The position numbers were made by a program, and so were the translations under genes. The notes beneath the pieces are model-generated. The model did no database searches. It worked only from the letters and a program-made list of their open reading frames with translations, and had not been told where the DNA came from. A DNA stretch of 64,000 nucleotides from an uncultured Spirochaetota bacterium. GTDB taxonomy: Bacteria > Spirochaetota > Spirochaetia > SZUA-6 > Fen-1364. Location of the stretch: the NCBI GenBank assembly GCA_963820525.1, contig CAWGAA010000002.1, forward strand, positions 492,568-556,567, given 5' to 3'. Shown here piece after piece: positions 20,139-30,401 of this stretch; the stretch's first letter is position 1; every line of letters starts with the position of its first letter.

Positions 20139-20238
20139 ACATATAAAGATTCGTAGTCGTCCTTTAGCCCGGTCGGTCCTCCTATCCGGAAAGCACATTC
20201 AACGGAAAGAATGATTAGTTTAGACAACGGAGCACTAC

Positions 20239-21933
20239 ATGGGAACAAAAGACCAGGAGAATGAGTCCCTCCAGTCCTCAATGGAGCCCTCTGAGCCGTC
20301 CCGCGATCTCGAGCTCACCAACGATTCGCTCTACAATCAGGAGAACGGAGGCGGTGAGGCCCAGAGCCCTCCCGCTGCCGGCAGGCCCGATTCAGCCGGG
20401 CTGAACAGGCCCAAGCGGATGATCAAGCGGCGGAAGATCCGCGTCGAGCTGATCAAGGATTCGGGCACCGATCGGAGGGAAGAGAAGTCGGAGGCTTCCA
20501 CAACCGCGGAAGAAGCAGCTTCCCCGGCACCCTCGGCGGATAGTCTCGCCGCCGTGGGGGGTGATACCCGAAGGCCTGAGGCCGCGGGCCGCATCCCCGG
20601 CAATGGGACTCCGCCCGTCGAGGCCGGCGCCAAGCCGCCCGTCATTGTCGGCAACGAGAACAAGCTCCAGATCAACGATCTCTCCCAGATGAGCATGCCC
20701 GACCTTCGCGGTTTGGCCACCAAGATGGGCGTAAGCCACGAAGCGCTGATCTCCATGAAGAAGCAGGAGATCATTTTCCAGATCCTCAAGGCGCATACGG
20801 AGAGGGGAGGAGTCATCTACGCCTTCGGCGCGCTGGAGATCCTTCCCGATGGATACGGCTTCCTCCGGTCTCCCAACTACAGCTATCTGCCGGGACCGGA
20901 CGATATCTACATATCGCCGTCGCAGATACGCCTGTTCAACCTCAAGACGGGCGACACGGTTGCGGGGCAGATCCGCTCGCCCAAGGAAGGGGAGCGGTTC
21001 TTCGCGATGCTCAGGGTGGAGACGGTGAACTTCGATCCGCCGATGGTTGCCCAGACCCGCATCCCCTTCGACAACCTCACCCCGCTGTATCCCGACGAGA
21101 GGCTGAACCTGGAGACTTCCACGGAGGACATCTCGACGCGAATGATCAATCTCTTCTGTCCCATCGGAAAGGGCCAGAGAGGGCTCATCGTGTCGCCGCC
21201 CAGGACGGGAAAGACCATCCTGCTGCAGAAGATCGCCAATGCCATCACCGCCAATCATCCCGAGGTGGTGGTCATCGTCCTTCTCATCGACGAGCGCCCC
21301 GAGGAAGTGACGGACATGCAGAGGAACGTCAAGGGCGAGGTCGTATCGTCCACCTTTGACGAGCAGTCCACCCGTCACGTTCAGGTGGCGGAGATGGTCA
21401 TCGAGAAGGCCAAGAGGCTGGTGGAGCACAAGAGGGACGTCGTCATCCTTCTCGACTCCATTACGCGGCTCGCGCGCGCGTACAACCAGACGGTCCCCAC
21501 CTCGGGGAAGATCCTCTCCGGAGGTGTCGATTCCAACGCGCTGCACAAGCCGAAGAGGTTCTTCGGTGCCGCCCGCAACATCGAGGAAGGCGGCAGCCTC
21601 ACCATCGTGGCGACGGCGCTCATCGAGACGGGCAGCCGCATGGACGAGGTCATTTTCGAGGAGTTCAAGGGCACCGGCAACATGGAGGTGAACCTGGACA
21701 GGAAGCTCTCCGACAGAAGGCTGTATCCGGCCATCAACATCAAGAAATCGGGGACCCGCAAGGAAGAGCTGCTCCTGGGCGAGGAGGAGCTGCAGAAGCT
21801 GTGGGTCCTGCGCAGGGTGATCAACCCCATGGACGACGGGGAGATCATCGAGCTCCTGATTGACAGGATGCGCAAAACCAAGAATAATGAGACATTCCTG
21901 AGATCGATGAACACATCGACGGTGGAAGCATAG
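20239..21933 (+). CDS. rho: Transcription termination factor Rho, with a low-complexity N-terminal extension
   Basis: [48 protein letters not shown]. Confidence 0.97.
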   Translation: MGTKDQENESLQSSMEPSEPSRDLELTNDSLYNQENGGGEAQSPPAAGRPDSAGLNRPKRMIKRRKIRVELIKDSGTDRREEKSEASTTAEEAASPAPSADSLAAVGGDTRRPEAAGRIPGNGTPPVEAGAKPPVIVGNENKLQINDLSQMSMPDLRGLATKMGVSHEALISMKKQEIIFQILKAHTERGGVIYAFGALEILPDGYGFLRSPNYSYLPGPDDIYISPSQIRLFNLKTGDTVAGQIRSPKEGERFFAMLRVETVNFDPPMVAQTRIPFDNLTPLYPDERLNLETSTEDISTRMINLFCPIGKGQRGLIVSPPRTGKTILLQKIANAITANHPEVVVIVLLIDERPEEVTDMQRNVKGEVVSSTFDEQSTRHVQVAEMVIEKAKRLVEHKRDVVILLDSITRLARAYNQTVPTSGKILSGGVDSNALHKPKRFFGAARNIEEGGSLTIVATALIETGSRMDEVIFEEFKGTGNMEVNLDRKLSDRRLYPAINIKKSGTRKEELLLGEEELQKLWVLRRVINPMDDGEIIELLIDRMRKTKNNETFLRSMNTSTVEA

Positions 21934-21985
21934 AGCACGAAAGCCCTGCGCAGAGCTGCGGGGCAAAAACCGAGAGGGAAATCGC

Positions 21986-22186
21986 ATGAAGGCTGATATA
22001 CATCCCCATTACCAGTTGACGACCATTACCTGCGCCTGCGGAAACGTCATCGAGACCAAGTCCACCTCCAAGGACATCAAGGTGGAAATCTGCTCGAAGT
22101 GTCATCCCTTTTTCACGGGCAAGCAGAAGCTCGTGGACACGGCGGGTCGCGTCGAGCGCTTCAAGAAGCGCTACAACATCAAGTAG
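21986..22186 (+). CDS. rpmE: 50S ribosomal protein L31 (zinc-binding type)
   Basis: [27 protein letters not shown]. Confidence 0.97.
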   Translation: MKADIHPHYQLTTITCACGNVIETKSTSKDIKVEICSKCHPFFTGKQKLVDTAGRVERFKKRYNIK

Positions 22187-22254
22187 AGGACTGCCAAGCC
22201 CGGTTTTCCACGCGGCACGGGGCCGGGGTCGGCCCCGTCTTCCGCGAACGCTCA

Positions 22255-23003
22255 TCACACGACATCGCGCCCCAACACCTCGCTGGCGAGCCTCTTGAGC
22301 CTCTCCCAATGGGCCCCCCGCCAGAAGACCCTGCGGCAGGCGGGGCAGCGGGAAAACTCATCGTAGAGCATCCCGACGAGGGGGGGAGCTCGGCGAGAAC
22401 GCTCTCCTTGCTGGCCCGCACGAGCGGCTCATTGCATGCGATGCACCGGGAAAACGGCTTCGCCAGCCTCGAAAGATCGAATCTGCGAAACACCTCGGCC
22501 AGCTGGTCGCGGGGACGAGTCGTTCTGATGAGGAATCCGTGCACGACGTATCTCCTCTTCAAGAGGCCCCTGTCGCGCGTCAGGATGATCCTGCCGTCGG
22601 AGCGGGAAACCGCCTCCAGCTCCTCGTCGTCGAAGCCGTTGTCGTACAGAGCATCGAAACCGAAGAGCCGCAGCATCCCCGCGAGTTTCCCGAGGTGCAC
22701 GTCGCAGACGAATCGGGGATGCCGGAGGGGCTCCGGGCGGACCTTCGTGAGGCCCGCGATGTCCCATGACTCGAAGGCGGGGTACACGGAAAGCCGGTCT
22801 CCGTCCTGGAGCCGGTAGGAGAAGCCGACCGACTCGCCGTTGGCGAGGATGAGATCCACCTCCGTATGGGGGACGCCGAGGTCTTCGATGATCGCCTTTG
22901 CCGTGCAGCCTTCACGGAACTCGACATCGAAAGAAAGCTTGCGCCTGGATGAGGGGAGCAGATCGTTGAGCTCCTCGTAGAACCGGATTGAAATTTTGGC
23001 CAT
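22255..23003 (-). CDS. Mut7-C RNase (PIN) domain protein with N-terminal ubiquitin-like domain (one-base frameshift at 22380-22386)
   Basis: RFYEELND, GVPHTEV, FVCDVHLGKLA, ILTRDRGL, RCIACN. Adding one C restores CPAC...FWRGAH and a stop at 22255. Confidence 0.85.
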
Positions 23004-23120
23004 CCCCATGTCCGCGGCGGCCTCAATGCGTATGGCCCTTCGGCCCCCGCTTGTGTAGTATAGGCGCATCGGCCGCCGGGGAAAAGATCGACGCCGGCCC
23101 GCAGGGGGGAACGGTCCATC

Positions 23121-23570
23121 GTGAACGAGAAACCGATCGTGAAGAAGCTGGAGGACAAGAGAGGAGCCGTCTATTTCACCATATACTGGTCCCCGCTTCG
23201 AAAGTCCGAGAAATACGAGATCATCGGCTCCGTGCCTTCGGAGGCCGGAATCTACGAGCTGTACTTCATGGACTTCAAGGGCAAGCTGAACCTCTTCTCC
23301 ATCGGCAAGTCCTGGTACGGCGGGCTTCGAAACGAGCTTCGGCTGCACACGGATCCGGAGCTGGAGCCCGATCTCGAGCGCCGCGCCACGCTTGAAAAGC
23401 ACGACTGCTATTACCGCTATACGCTGGTGGGCAGCAATGACGACATGTCCGACATCCTGTTCTTCTTTGCCCGGACTTATTTCCCGGGCTCACAGAAGTA
23501 CAGGCCCTCCGGCAGGCACGAAAACATCTACGTCAAGGAAATCTCAAGCGACAAGATCGTCACGATTTGA
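23121..23570 (+). CDS. Hypothetical protein, possibly a degenerate GIY-YIG fold
   Basis: PSEAGIYELY...SIGKSWYGGLRNELRLH; host-like codon usage. Confidence 0.7.
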   Translation: MNEKPIVKKLEDKRGAVYFTIYWSPLRKSEKYEIIGSVPSEAGIYELYFMDFKGKLNLFSIGKSWYGGLRNELRLHTDPELEPDLERRATLEKHDCYYRYTLVGSNDDMSDILFFFARTYFPGSQKYRPSGRHENIYVKEISSDKIVTI

Positions 23571-23662
23571 ATGAGCGCCGCGCCCGGCGCCGCGGACCCG
23601 CTTTCGGCGGCGCGCTCTCTTTGAATCATCGCTTGAGCCGGCGCCGTGGACCGCTTGAGGCC

Positions 23663-24082
23663 CTAGAGGTGAGAAAGCTTCTCCACCATGAGCTTGATGC
23701 GGCGGGCAAGCGAGACGAGAAGCCGCCGCGTCCACATCGGGCTCGCCGCATAGATGTCCGCGAAGTTCTCCCTGCTGAACTCGAGCACCCGCACGTCGCC
23801 CTTCGCGATGACGGTGGCCGAGCGCACCGATTTGTCGAAGAAGCTCATCTCTCCGATGATCTCTCCCTTGCCGAGGGTCGTGAGCACCTTGTACCTGTCC
23901 TCGAGCTTCCTCGTGATATACACTTCACCCTCGAGGATCCAGAAGATCTTCTGCTGGATATCGCCTTCCCTGATCAGGACCTGCTTGTCGCGGAACCGCT
24001 TGCCGAACTTCTCGATCACCTTCTCGTCCAGCGCCTCTTCGGCCTGGAAGGCGATCCTCATGATCTCGTTGTAGTCTCCCAT
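23663..24082 (-). CDS. Stand-alone cyclic nucleotide-binding domain protein
   Basis: LIREGD, ILEGEV, IIGEMS, RSATV. Confidence 0.88.
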   Translation of the reverse strand: MGDYNEIMRIAFQAEEALDEKVIEKFGKRFRDKQVLIREGDIQQKIFWILEGEVYITRKLEDRYKVLTTLGKGEIIGEMSFFDKSVRSATVIAKGDVRVLEFSRENFADIYAASPMWTRRLLVSLARRIKLMVEKLSHL

Positions 24083-24477
24083 CAGGACTTGCTCCGCAGC
24101 CGCTCGCCGAACTCCGCGTTGAGGATCCGAAGCTCCCGCGTGAGCCCCGTCGTTGCCGCGAGGGCCAGCTCCCAGGAGACTTCGGCGGCCGTGAAGAAGC
24201 TCTCCAGGTCCCAGCGATACACGATGGTCTTCTCCAGCGAGAGGGCGGAGCAGAGCCTGCCTGATTCCGCGAGGGGCTCCACGAGGCCGAAGATAGCATC
24301 GGGAGTCGCGTAGAGAGGGAGCCGGTCCTCGCCAAATCGGTACTCGATCTTCACAAGACCGGCGATGACGTAGAACACCGGCTTGTCGTCGGGAACGTCC
24401 CCCGGCGAGTACATGAGAGTCCTCTGGGGGACGACGATCTGCTCGCCGTACTGAAGGTAGCGGGGAAGCGCATCCAT
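24082..24477 (-). CDS. Divergent cNMP-binding (Crp N-terminal-like) protein
   Basis: YSPGD, YVIAGLVKI, IFGLVE, RLCSA; coupled to the downstream cNMP gene. Confidence 0.7.
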   Translation of the reverse strand: MDALPRYLQYGEQIVVPQRTLMYSPGDVPDDKPVFYVIAGLVKIEYRFGEDRLPLYATPDAIFGLVEPLAESGRLCSALSLEKTIVYRWDLESFFTAAEVSWELALAATTGLTRELRILNAEFGERLRSKS

Positions 24478-24511
24478 TCTATCTATTTCTCGACATTTCG
24501 CTCGATTTTTA

Positions 24512-24540
24512 TTGAATTCTTTTCATTTTTCCTCTATAAT
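24512..24540 (+). promoter_or_regulatory. sigma70 promoter for galK-surE-TPR
   Basis: TTGAAT-17 bp-TATAAT. Confidence 0.7.
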
Positions 24541-24582
24541 CGTTTCCATCCTCGAAAGCGCATCTTCTTGCGGGAGTTATTC

Positions 24583-25737
24583 ATGGATCCGGTCAAACAA
24601 AGCCACGTCGAGGAGTACGGCAGAGCGCCGGAGGTGATTGCCGCCGCTCCCGGAAGGGTCAACCTTATCGGCGAGCACACGGATTACAACGATGGCTTTG
24701 TGTTTCCCATGGCGATCGACTTCACGGTCAGGGTCGCCGTCTCCCGCCGCAAGGACAGTCACGTACACTTCTACTCCGTCGACTTCAAGGACCGAAAGCG
24801 CGCCGCGCTTCCTTCCCTCCGCTTTCGCAAGGAAGATCGCTGGGCAAACTATCCCAAAGGGATAATCAATGCGCTCGCCGCGCGCGGACACCCCATGAGC
24901 GGAATGGACATCACCATCCACGGCGACATCCCCCAGGGGGCGGGCCTCTCCTCCTCTGCGGCCCTCGAGATCGCCACCGCTCTCGCCGTGCAGACCCTCT
25001 ACCACATCGAGATCGGCAGGGAGGAAGCGGCGCGCCTCGCCCAGGAGGCGGAGAGCGAGTTCGTCGGCGTGAGGCGCGGGATCATGGACCAGTTCATCTC
25101 GCGCCTGGCCAAGGAAGGCCACGCCATGCTCCTCGACACGAGGACCCTCGTCTATCATTACGTTCCCCTCACGTTCAAGAGCGCCAAGATCCTCCTCACG
25201 AACTCCAAGGTTCCCCACGGCCTGGCGGATTCGGAGTACGCCAAGAGGCGCGAGGAGTGCGCCCGCTGCGTGCAGATCCTCTCCGCGAAGAAACCGGGCA
25301 CCGCCCTGCGCGACTATACCCCCAGCGACGTGCGCGACAGCTTGGGACTCATCCCCGAGGCCACGCGCAAGAAATGCCTCCACGTGGTGGAGGAGAACCA
25401 GAGGGCCCTTGACGCCGAGGAGGCGCTCAAGAAGAAGGATCTGGTCACCTTCGGGAAGCTCATGAACCGCTCCCATGAGAGCCTGCGCGACCTCTATGAA
25501 GTCTCCTGCCCGGAGCTGGACTGGCTGGTCAAGAGGGCCTGGGAAACCGAGGGGGTATACGGTTCGCGGCTCACGGGGGCGGGCTTCGGCGGCTGCACCG
25601 TCACGTTGATCGAGGAAGAGGCCATCCCGCGCTACCGCGAGCATATCGCGCCCTATGAGAGGATTTTCGGTTTTCGCCCCGAGGTCTATATCTGCAAGCC
25701 CTCCGGGGGGGCCCGGATCGTGGAGAGCAAGGTCTGA
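24583..25737 (+). CDS. galK: Galactokinase
   Basis: APGRVNLIGEHTDYNDG, PQGAGLSSSAA, GIMDQ, RLTGAGFGGC. Confidence 0.93.
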   Translation: MDPVKQSHVEEYGRAPEVIAAAPGRVNLIGEHTDYNDGFVFPMAIDFTVRVAVSRRKDSHVHFYSVDFKDRKRAALPSLRFRKEDRWANYPKGIINALAARGHPMSGMDITIHGDIPQGAGLSSSAALEIATALAVQTLYHIEIGREEAARLAQEAESEFVGVRRGIMDQFISRLAKEGHAMLLDTRTLVYHYVPLTFKSAKILLTNSKVPHGLADSEYAKRREECARCVQILSAKKPGTALRDYTPSDVRDSLGLIPEATRKKCLHVVEENQRALDAEEALKKKDLVTFGKLMNRSHESLRDLYEVSCPELDWLVKRAWETEGVYGSRLTGAGFGGCTVTLIEEEAIPRYREHIAPYERIFGFRPEVYICKPSGGARIVESKV

Positions 25738-25749
25738 GAGGCTCAGGCG

Positions 25750-26493
25750 ATGCGAATCCTCCTGACCAATGACGACGGCATCGAAGCCCTGGGCCTGAAG
25801 GCCCTGCTGGACACGCTTTGCGACCAGCACGAGGTGTGGGTCGTGGCGCCGGAAAACGAGAGAAGCGGCAGCTCCCATTCCATCACCCTCAGGGATTCCA
25901 TCCGCATACGAAAGATCGGGCAGAGGATCTTCAGCTGCCGGGGGACGCCGGCGGACTGCGTGATGATCTCCCTGCTGGGGCTCCTCCCCAAGGGTATCGA
26001 GATGATCATCTCGGGGATCAACCACGGTCCCAACCTCGGCACCGACATCCTGTACTCGGGGACCGCGTCGGCGGCAAGCCAGGCGGTGCTGATGGGAGTG
26101 CCGGCGGTCGCGCTGTCGATCGGCACCTATGCCCCGCCCTTCGACTTCCGCTGCGCCACCTCCTTCACGGCGAGAAACATGGAGATTTTCAGACGGCTCT
26201 CCGACTCGGATCACTACCTCAACATCAACTTCCCCAGCGCCGAGAAGCCCACGGGAAAGCCGATGGTGACCTTCCCCACGCACAGGATCTACAGGGATGA
26301 GCTTCATACCTACACGGCCCCCAACGCGGACATCTTCTGTTTCATGGGGGGAGCCACCCCGGATTCGCACCTCGAGGAAGGCTCCGACTACCGGGCCCTC
26401 TCTGAGGGCCTCATCTCGATCTCTCCCATCAACGTCCATCCCACGAACAGGGATTCCATTGAGGAGCAGTACCGCTCAGCGAGTTTCCTATGA
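25750..26493 (+). CDS. surE: 5'/3'-nucleotidase SurE
   Basis: ILLTNDDGI, GTPADCV, SGINHGPNLG, YSGT. Confidence 0.95.
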   Translation: MRILLTNDDGIEALGLKALLDTLCDQHEVWVVAPENERSGSSHSITLRDSIRIRKIGQRIFSCRGTPADCVMISLLGLLPKGIEMIISGINHGPNLGTDILYSGTASAASQAVLMGVPAVALSIGTYAPPFDFRCATSFTARNMEIFRRLSDSDHYLNINFPSAEKPTGKPMVTFPTHRIYRDELHTYTAPNADIFCFMGGATPDSHLEEGSDYRALSEGLISISPINVHPTNRDSIEEQYRSASFL

Positions 26494-27164
26494 ACAAGCA
26501 ATTCGAAAACGGCGTCAAGCTTTACCATTCCCACCGCTACGAGCAGGCCTTGAAGGAGCTGCGCGAAGCCGAAGAGGAGATGCCGCCCACCCCCGAGCTC
26601 GACTACTACATCGGGCTGGCGCTCACCCAGCTGGAACGCTACGAGGAGGCGCTTCTCTCCCTGGAGAAGGTCGTCACCTCTCATTTCAGCTTCCTGCACA
26701 TCATGCAGGCCCGCATGGTGCTGGGATACATCTATGCCATCACCGGCAGGTACAAGCTCGCAGAGTTCGAATTCACCAAGGTGCGCGAGTTCGGCCTCCA
26801 GTCATCCCAGGCGCTTGCCGCCCTGGGATTCGTGTACTACTCCCAGAAGAACATCACGGAAAGCATCGATGCGCTGAAGAAGGCCCTGGAGATCGACCCG
26901 AAGAACGCCAACGCCCTCAACTCCCTCGGGTTCATATACGCGGAGGAGAAGAAGGATCTTTCCCGGGCCGTATCCCTGTGCAAACAGGCCGTTGAGGCGA
27001 ATCCCAAGAACCCCGCGTACCTCGACTCCCTGGGCTGGGCGCTCTTCCGGCAGGGAAGCTATGAAGAGGCCAGAGGCTGCTTCCGCAAGGCCCTCGACCT
27101 TGCGCCAGGGAACAAGGAGATCGCCACCCACATGCGTCAGCTCCTCGACAAAATGAAAGGATAG
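26490..27164 (+). CDS. Tetratricopeptide-repeat protein
   Basis: Multiple TPRs (ALEIDPKNANALNSLG, AYLDSLGW). Confidence 0.9.
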   Translation: MNKQFENGVKLYHSHRYEQALKELREAEEEMPPTPELDYYIGLALTQLERYEEALLSLEKVVTSHFSFLHIMQARMVLGYIYAITGRYKLAEFEFTKVREFGLQSSQALAALGFVYYSQKNITESIDALKKALEIDPKNANALNSLGFIYAEEKKDLSRAVSLCKQAVEANPKNPAYLDSLGWALFRQGSYEEARGCFRKALDLAPGNKEIATHMRQLLDKMKG

Positions 27165-27259
27165 GCCTGCGGCGGCGCTCCTCCGCGCCGGGCCGGGGCA
27201 TTTTTCCCCTTATCACCCCCCGAGTTTACGTCGAAATTTCAAGATGAGGAGTATGGACT

Positions 27260-27421
27260 ATGAAGGTCGAGAGCGTCATCGTGCCTCGAAAGCCCGCCTC
27301 GCCGACGGATGACCTTCCCATCATGAATGCGGAAGAGATCAAGACCATCCTCTACCTGGGGATCCGCGGCGCAGTCGAGCTTGAGACGGACAAGAAGCAC
27401 TCCGTAGATATGCTGGCGTGA
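27260..27421 (+). CDS. Small 53-aa protein (below the ORF-track cutoff)
   Basis: RBS GAGGAG; MKVESVIVPRKPASPTDDLPIMNAEEIKTILYLGIRGAVELETDKKHSVDMLA; host-like codon usage; fills an intergenic gap. Confidence 0.7.
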   Translation: MKVESVIVPRKPASPTDDLPIMNAEEIKTILYLGIRGAVELETDKKHSVDMLA

Positions 27422-27440
27422 TTTCCGTATACTGTCCGGC

Positions 27441-29450
27441 GTGAAGAAACCCGCCCTAGCCGCCTGCCTCCTTGCCGCGTGCGCGGTGGGGCTTGCGGCG
27501 CAGAATATCGACATCCAACAATCCCGATCCAACGATCAGCTGCGCTGGGGAATCCAGGCGTACCACAGGGGCTTCTACAGCGACGCGCTGGTATCCCTGC
27601 AGAAAAGCCTCAGCATCATGCCTTCCAATATCCTCGCCCAGACGTGGCTGGGAAGGGTGTTCTGGAAGTCCGGTTTCGAGGGGGAGGCGCTCCGCACGTG
27701 GGAGCGGCTGGATGCTTCCGGCAAGGCCGACAACACGATCCGTGACTGGATCCAGGAGCTCCGGCTTCGAAACGGCACGGCCCGCGATGTTCCGCGGGAT
27801 CCTCTCTTTGTCGTGAGCGCGGAGTTGGGCGCTGCAACAACGGGAGGGTACCCCTTCAAGCGGCCCGCAAGCGTTCGGCCCCGCGCCGACGGAAGCTTCT
27901 ACCTCGTTTCCTTCGGCACGAACGAGGTTCTCCGCTATGACACGAACTTCCGCCTGGTGGAGAGCCTGCGGGGCGGCCTTGCCGGCCTGGATCGTCCCTT
28001 CGACGTGCTGGAAGCCGCCGACGGAACCCTGTTCGTCTCGGAGTACGGCGCCGACAGGATCACCAGGCTTTCCGGCAAAGGCGACAAGATCTCCAGCTTC
28101 GGCCGAGCGGGCAGGGACGACGGGGCTCTCCTGGGCCCTCAGTACATGGCATCCGACGCTCACGGTTTCCTCTACGTCACGGACTGGGGCAACTCGCGGG
28201 TGAACAAGTACGATCCCGACGGAAACTTCATCCTCGCGATCTCCGGCCTCTCCGGCCCATCCGGAATCGCGGTCAGGGAAGAGAGCCTCTTCGTGTGCGA
28301 GAAAGCGGCCAAGAGGATCTCCATCTACGATACCAACGGCAACTACCTGCGGTCCATCGGAGATGGCACGCTCCAGGCTCCCGAGGGGATCTCCTTCACA
28401 TCCGAGGGGAAGCTCCTCGTGGCGGATTCGAACAAGGTCTGGGAGGCCGACGTCGAATCGGAGCAGTGGCGCGTGAAAGCCGATACGAGCGCCTTCACGA
28501 CGCGTCTCGTCCAGCAGGCGGAAACGCCAAACGGCGACCTGCTGGGTGTGGATTTCGACGGAAACGGCCTCGTGCTTCTCTCGGATCCGGTTTCCCTGTA
28601 TTCCGGGCTCACCGTGCGGGTGGACAGGGTCAACTCCGTGCGCTTTCCCGAGGTATTCGTCGACGTGTCTGTCCAGGACCGCCTTGGGCGGCCGGTAGTG
28701 GGGCTGGAGATCAATAACTTCATATTCACCGAAGCCAGGCGCTCGGTGGGGCCGACCTCGATGGTTCGAACCAACACCGACGCCAACTCCATCGACGTCG
28801 CCCTGCTCATCGAGAGCTCTCCCGCCATGGCCTCGATGCGCTCCACCGCGGAGCAGGCGGCGGCTGACCTGTATGCCCGCGCCGTCCAGGGCGGTCGCAT
28901 CAAGGCGATTTCGGCGGGAGAGATGCCGGTCAAGGAGACTGATTTCGGGGAGCCGCGCCTGAAGTTCCTCGCCGCGGCCTTCACGGCGCCCCCGTCGGCC
29001 AGGTGGAGGTTCGACGTGGGAGCCAGGGTGGCGGGAGAGGAGCTGATCACCGCGGCGGGAGGCGCCAAGAGGGCCATCGTGTTCCTCACGTCCGGCGCTC
29101 TGGGCCCGCGCGCGTATTCGACATATTCCCTGCTGGATCTCGCCGCCTTCATGCGCAACAATGCGATCGCCTTCTATCCCATCTCCTTCGGTTCCAAAGG
29201 CCTCGACGAGGATCTCGCTTACCTTGCATCGGAAACGGGTGGCAGGGGCTACGCCGTGTTCACGCCGGGGGGGATGGGTGAGGTCATCGGCGCCATCCGC
29301 GCGCGAACGACGCCCTTCTACTCCGTGAGGTACAGCTCGCCGTCGGCGGCCGATTTCGGGGAGGCCTACATTCCCCTGGAGGTGGAGGTCACCCGACAGA
29401 AGCTGAGCGGGAGGGACCAGTGCGGCTACTACGCCCCCCCGTCACCGTAG
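27441..29450 (+). CDS. Exported TPR + NHL beta-propeller + vWA-like protein (possibly related to the Borrelia BB0236 flagellar collar protein)
   Basis: Signal peptide, N-terminal TPR, NHL repeats (LYVTDWGNSRV, PSGIAV, PEGISF), C-terminal vWA-like region. Confidence 0.8.
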   Translation: MKKPALAACLLAACAVGLAAQNIDIQQSRSNDQLRWGIQAYHRGFYSDALVSLQKSLSIMPSNILAQTWLGRVFWKSGFEGEALRTWERLDASGKADNTIRDWIQELRLRNGTARDVPRDPLFVVSAELGAATTGGYPFKRPASVRPRADGSFYLVSFGTNEVLRYDTNFRLVESLRGGLAGLDRPFDVLEAADGTLFVSEYGADRITRLSGKGDKISSFGRAGRDDGALLGPQYMASDAHGFLYVTDWGNSRVNKYDPDGNFILAISGLSGPSGIAVREESLFVCEKAAKRISIYDTNGNYLRSIGDGTLQAPEGISFTSEGKLLVADSNKVWEADVESEQWRVKADTSAFTTRLVQQAETPNGDLLGVDFDGNGLVLLSDPVSLYSGLTVRVDRVNSVRFPEVFVDVSVQDRLGRPVVGLEINNFIFTEARRSVGPTSMVRTNTDANSIDVALLIESSPAMASMRSTAEQAAADLYARAVQGGRIKAISAGEMPVKETDFGEPRLKFLAAAFTAPPSARWRFDVGARVAGEELITAAGGAKRAIVFLTSGALGPRAYSTYSLLDLAAFMRNNAIAFYPISFGSKGLDEDLAYLASETGGRGYAVFTPGGMGEVIGAIRARTTPFYSVRYSSPSAADFGEAYIPLEVEVTRQKLSGRDQCGYYAPPSP

Positions 29451-29454
29451 CGGC

Positions 29455-30093
29455 TTACGATCTGAGGAATGCCTTGAATTTGTCGGAGGCGCTCGCGGCG
29501 TCCGGCGCGTAGCCGTCGGCCCCGATCTCCTTGGCGAACGCGTCCGTGAGGGGCGCGCCTCCTACCATGAACTTCACTTTCTTTCTCACCCCCTCCTTCT
29601 CGAAACGCTCGATGACGTCCTTCATGCCCGTCATGGTCGTCGTGAGGAGGGCAGAGATGCCGATGGCCTTCGCGTCGGGATTCTCCTTGTACGCCTGGAG
29701 GAACTTGTCCGCCGAAACGTCTATGCCCAGGTCCAGCACTTCTATTCCGGCGCCCTGGGCCATCATCTTCACGAGGTTCTTGCCGATGTCGTGGAGGTCT
29801 CCCTTCACCGTGCCGACGATGATCTTGCCGATCGGCTTGACGCCGGCCTTCACCAGCTCCGGCTTCAGGATGTCCATGGCCGCGTTCATCGCCCGGGCGG
29901 CGATGAGCACTTCCGGAATGTAGATCTCGTTGCACTTGAACTTCTGGCCGACCTTTTCCATTCCGTCGAGGAGGCCCCTGTTGAGGATGTCCGCGGCCGA
30001 GTTCTTTTCCGCGAGCAGCGCCGAGGTGAGCTCCTTTGCCAGAGGCGAGCTTCCCTTCTGAATCGCTTCCGAAAGCTGCCGAAACGTCGCCAC
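29455..30093 (-). CDS. Corrinoid (B12-binding) methyltransferase protein, MtbC/MttC-like
   Basis: GTVKGDLHDIGKNLV, ISALLTTTM, MVGGAP, IGADGY; GTG start with RBS. Confidence 0.92.
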   Translation of the reverse strand: MATFRQLSEAIQKGSSPLAKELTSALLAEKNSAADILNRGLLDGMEKVGQKFKCNEIYIPEVLIAARAMNAAMDILKPELVKAGVKPIGKIIVGTVKGDLHDIGKNLVKMMAQGAGIEVLDLGIDVSADKFLQAYKENPDAKAIGISALLTTTMTGMKDVIERFEKEGVRKKVKFMVGGAPLTDAFAKEIGADGYAPDAASASDKFKAFLRS

Positions 30094-30164
30094 CGCTCGC
30101 CCTCCTTCGCTGTAATTGACGAAAATGCCGCCTTCTGCGAGTATCATGTTCAAGGAGTTTTTCG

Positions 30165-30398
30165 ATGTCAAGAGGAAGGCCCGAGATCGATCGGGAGAAA
30201 TGCAAGGGTTGCGCTTTGTGCGTGGGCGCGTGCCCCGAGGAAATACTTCGGATGAGCGGAAACACCTTCAACAGGCAGGGTCTGCCGTTCGCCGTCTGCT
30301 CGGACGAGTCGAAATGCACAGCGTGCCTCTCCTGCGCCATCATCTGCCCCGATACGGCCATCAGGATCCTGAAGCTCGCGGTTGCGGCGGGAGAGTGA
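30165..30398 (+). CDS. 2x[4Fe-4S] ferredoxin (delta) subunit of a 2-oxoacid:ferredoxin oxidoreductase
   Basis: CKGCALCVGACP and CTACLSCAIICP. Confidence 0.92.
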   Translation: MSRGRPEIDREKCKGCALCVGACPEEILRMSGNTFNRQGLPFAVCSDESKCTACLSCAIICPDTAIRILKLAVAAGE

Positions 30399-30401
30399 GT
30401 C

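Noticed and set aside
24577-26439. Long antisense or alternate-frame ORFs (also 34524-36515, 37391-39196, 38370-40265, 7725-9401, 20392-21987)
   Set aside because: These are stop-poor shadow frames of real genes in high-GC DNA, with no recognisable motifs.
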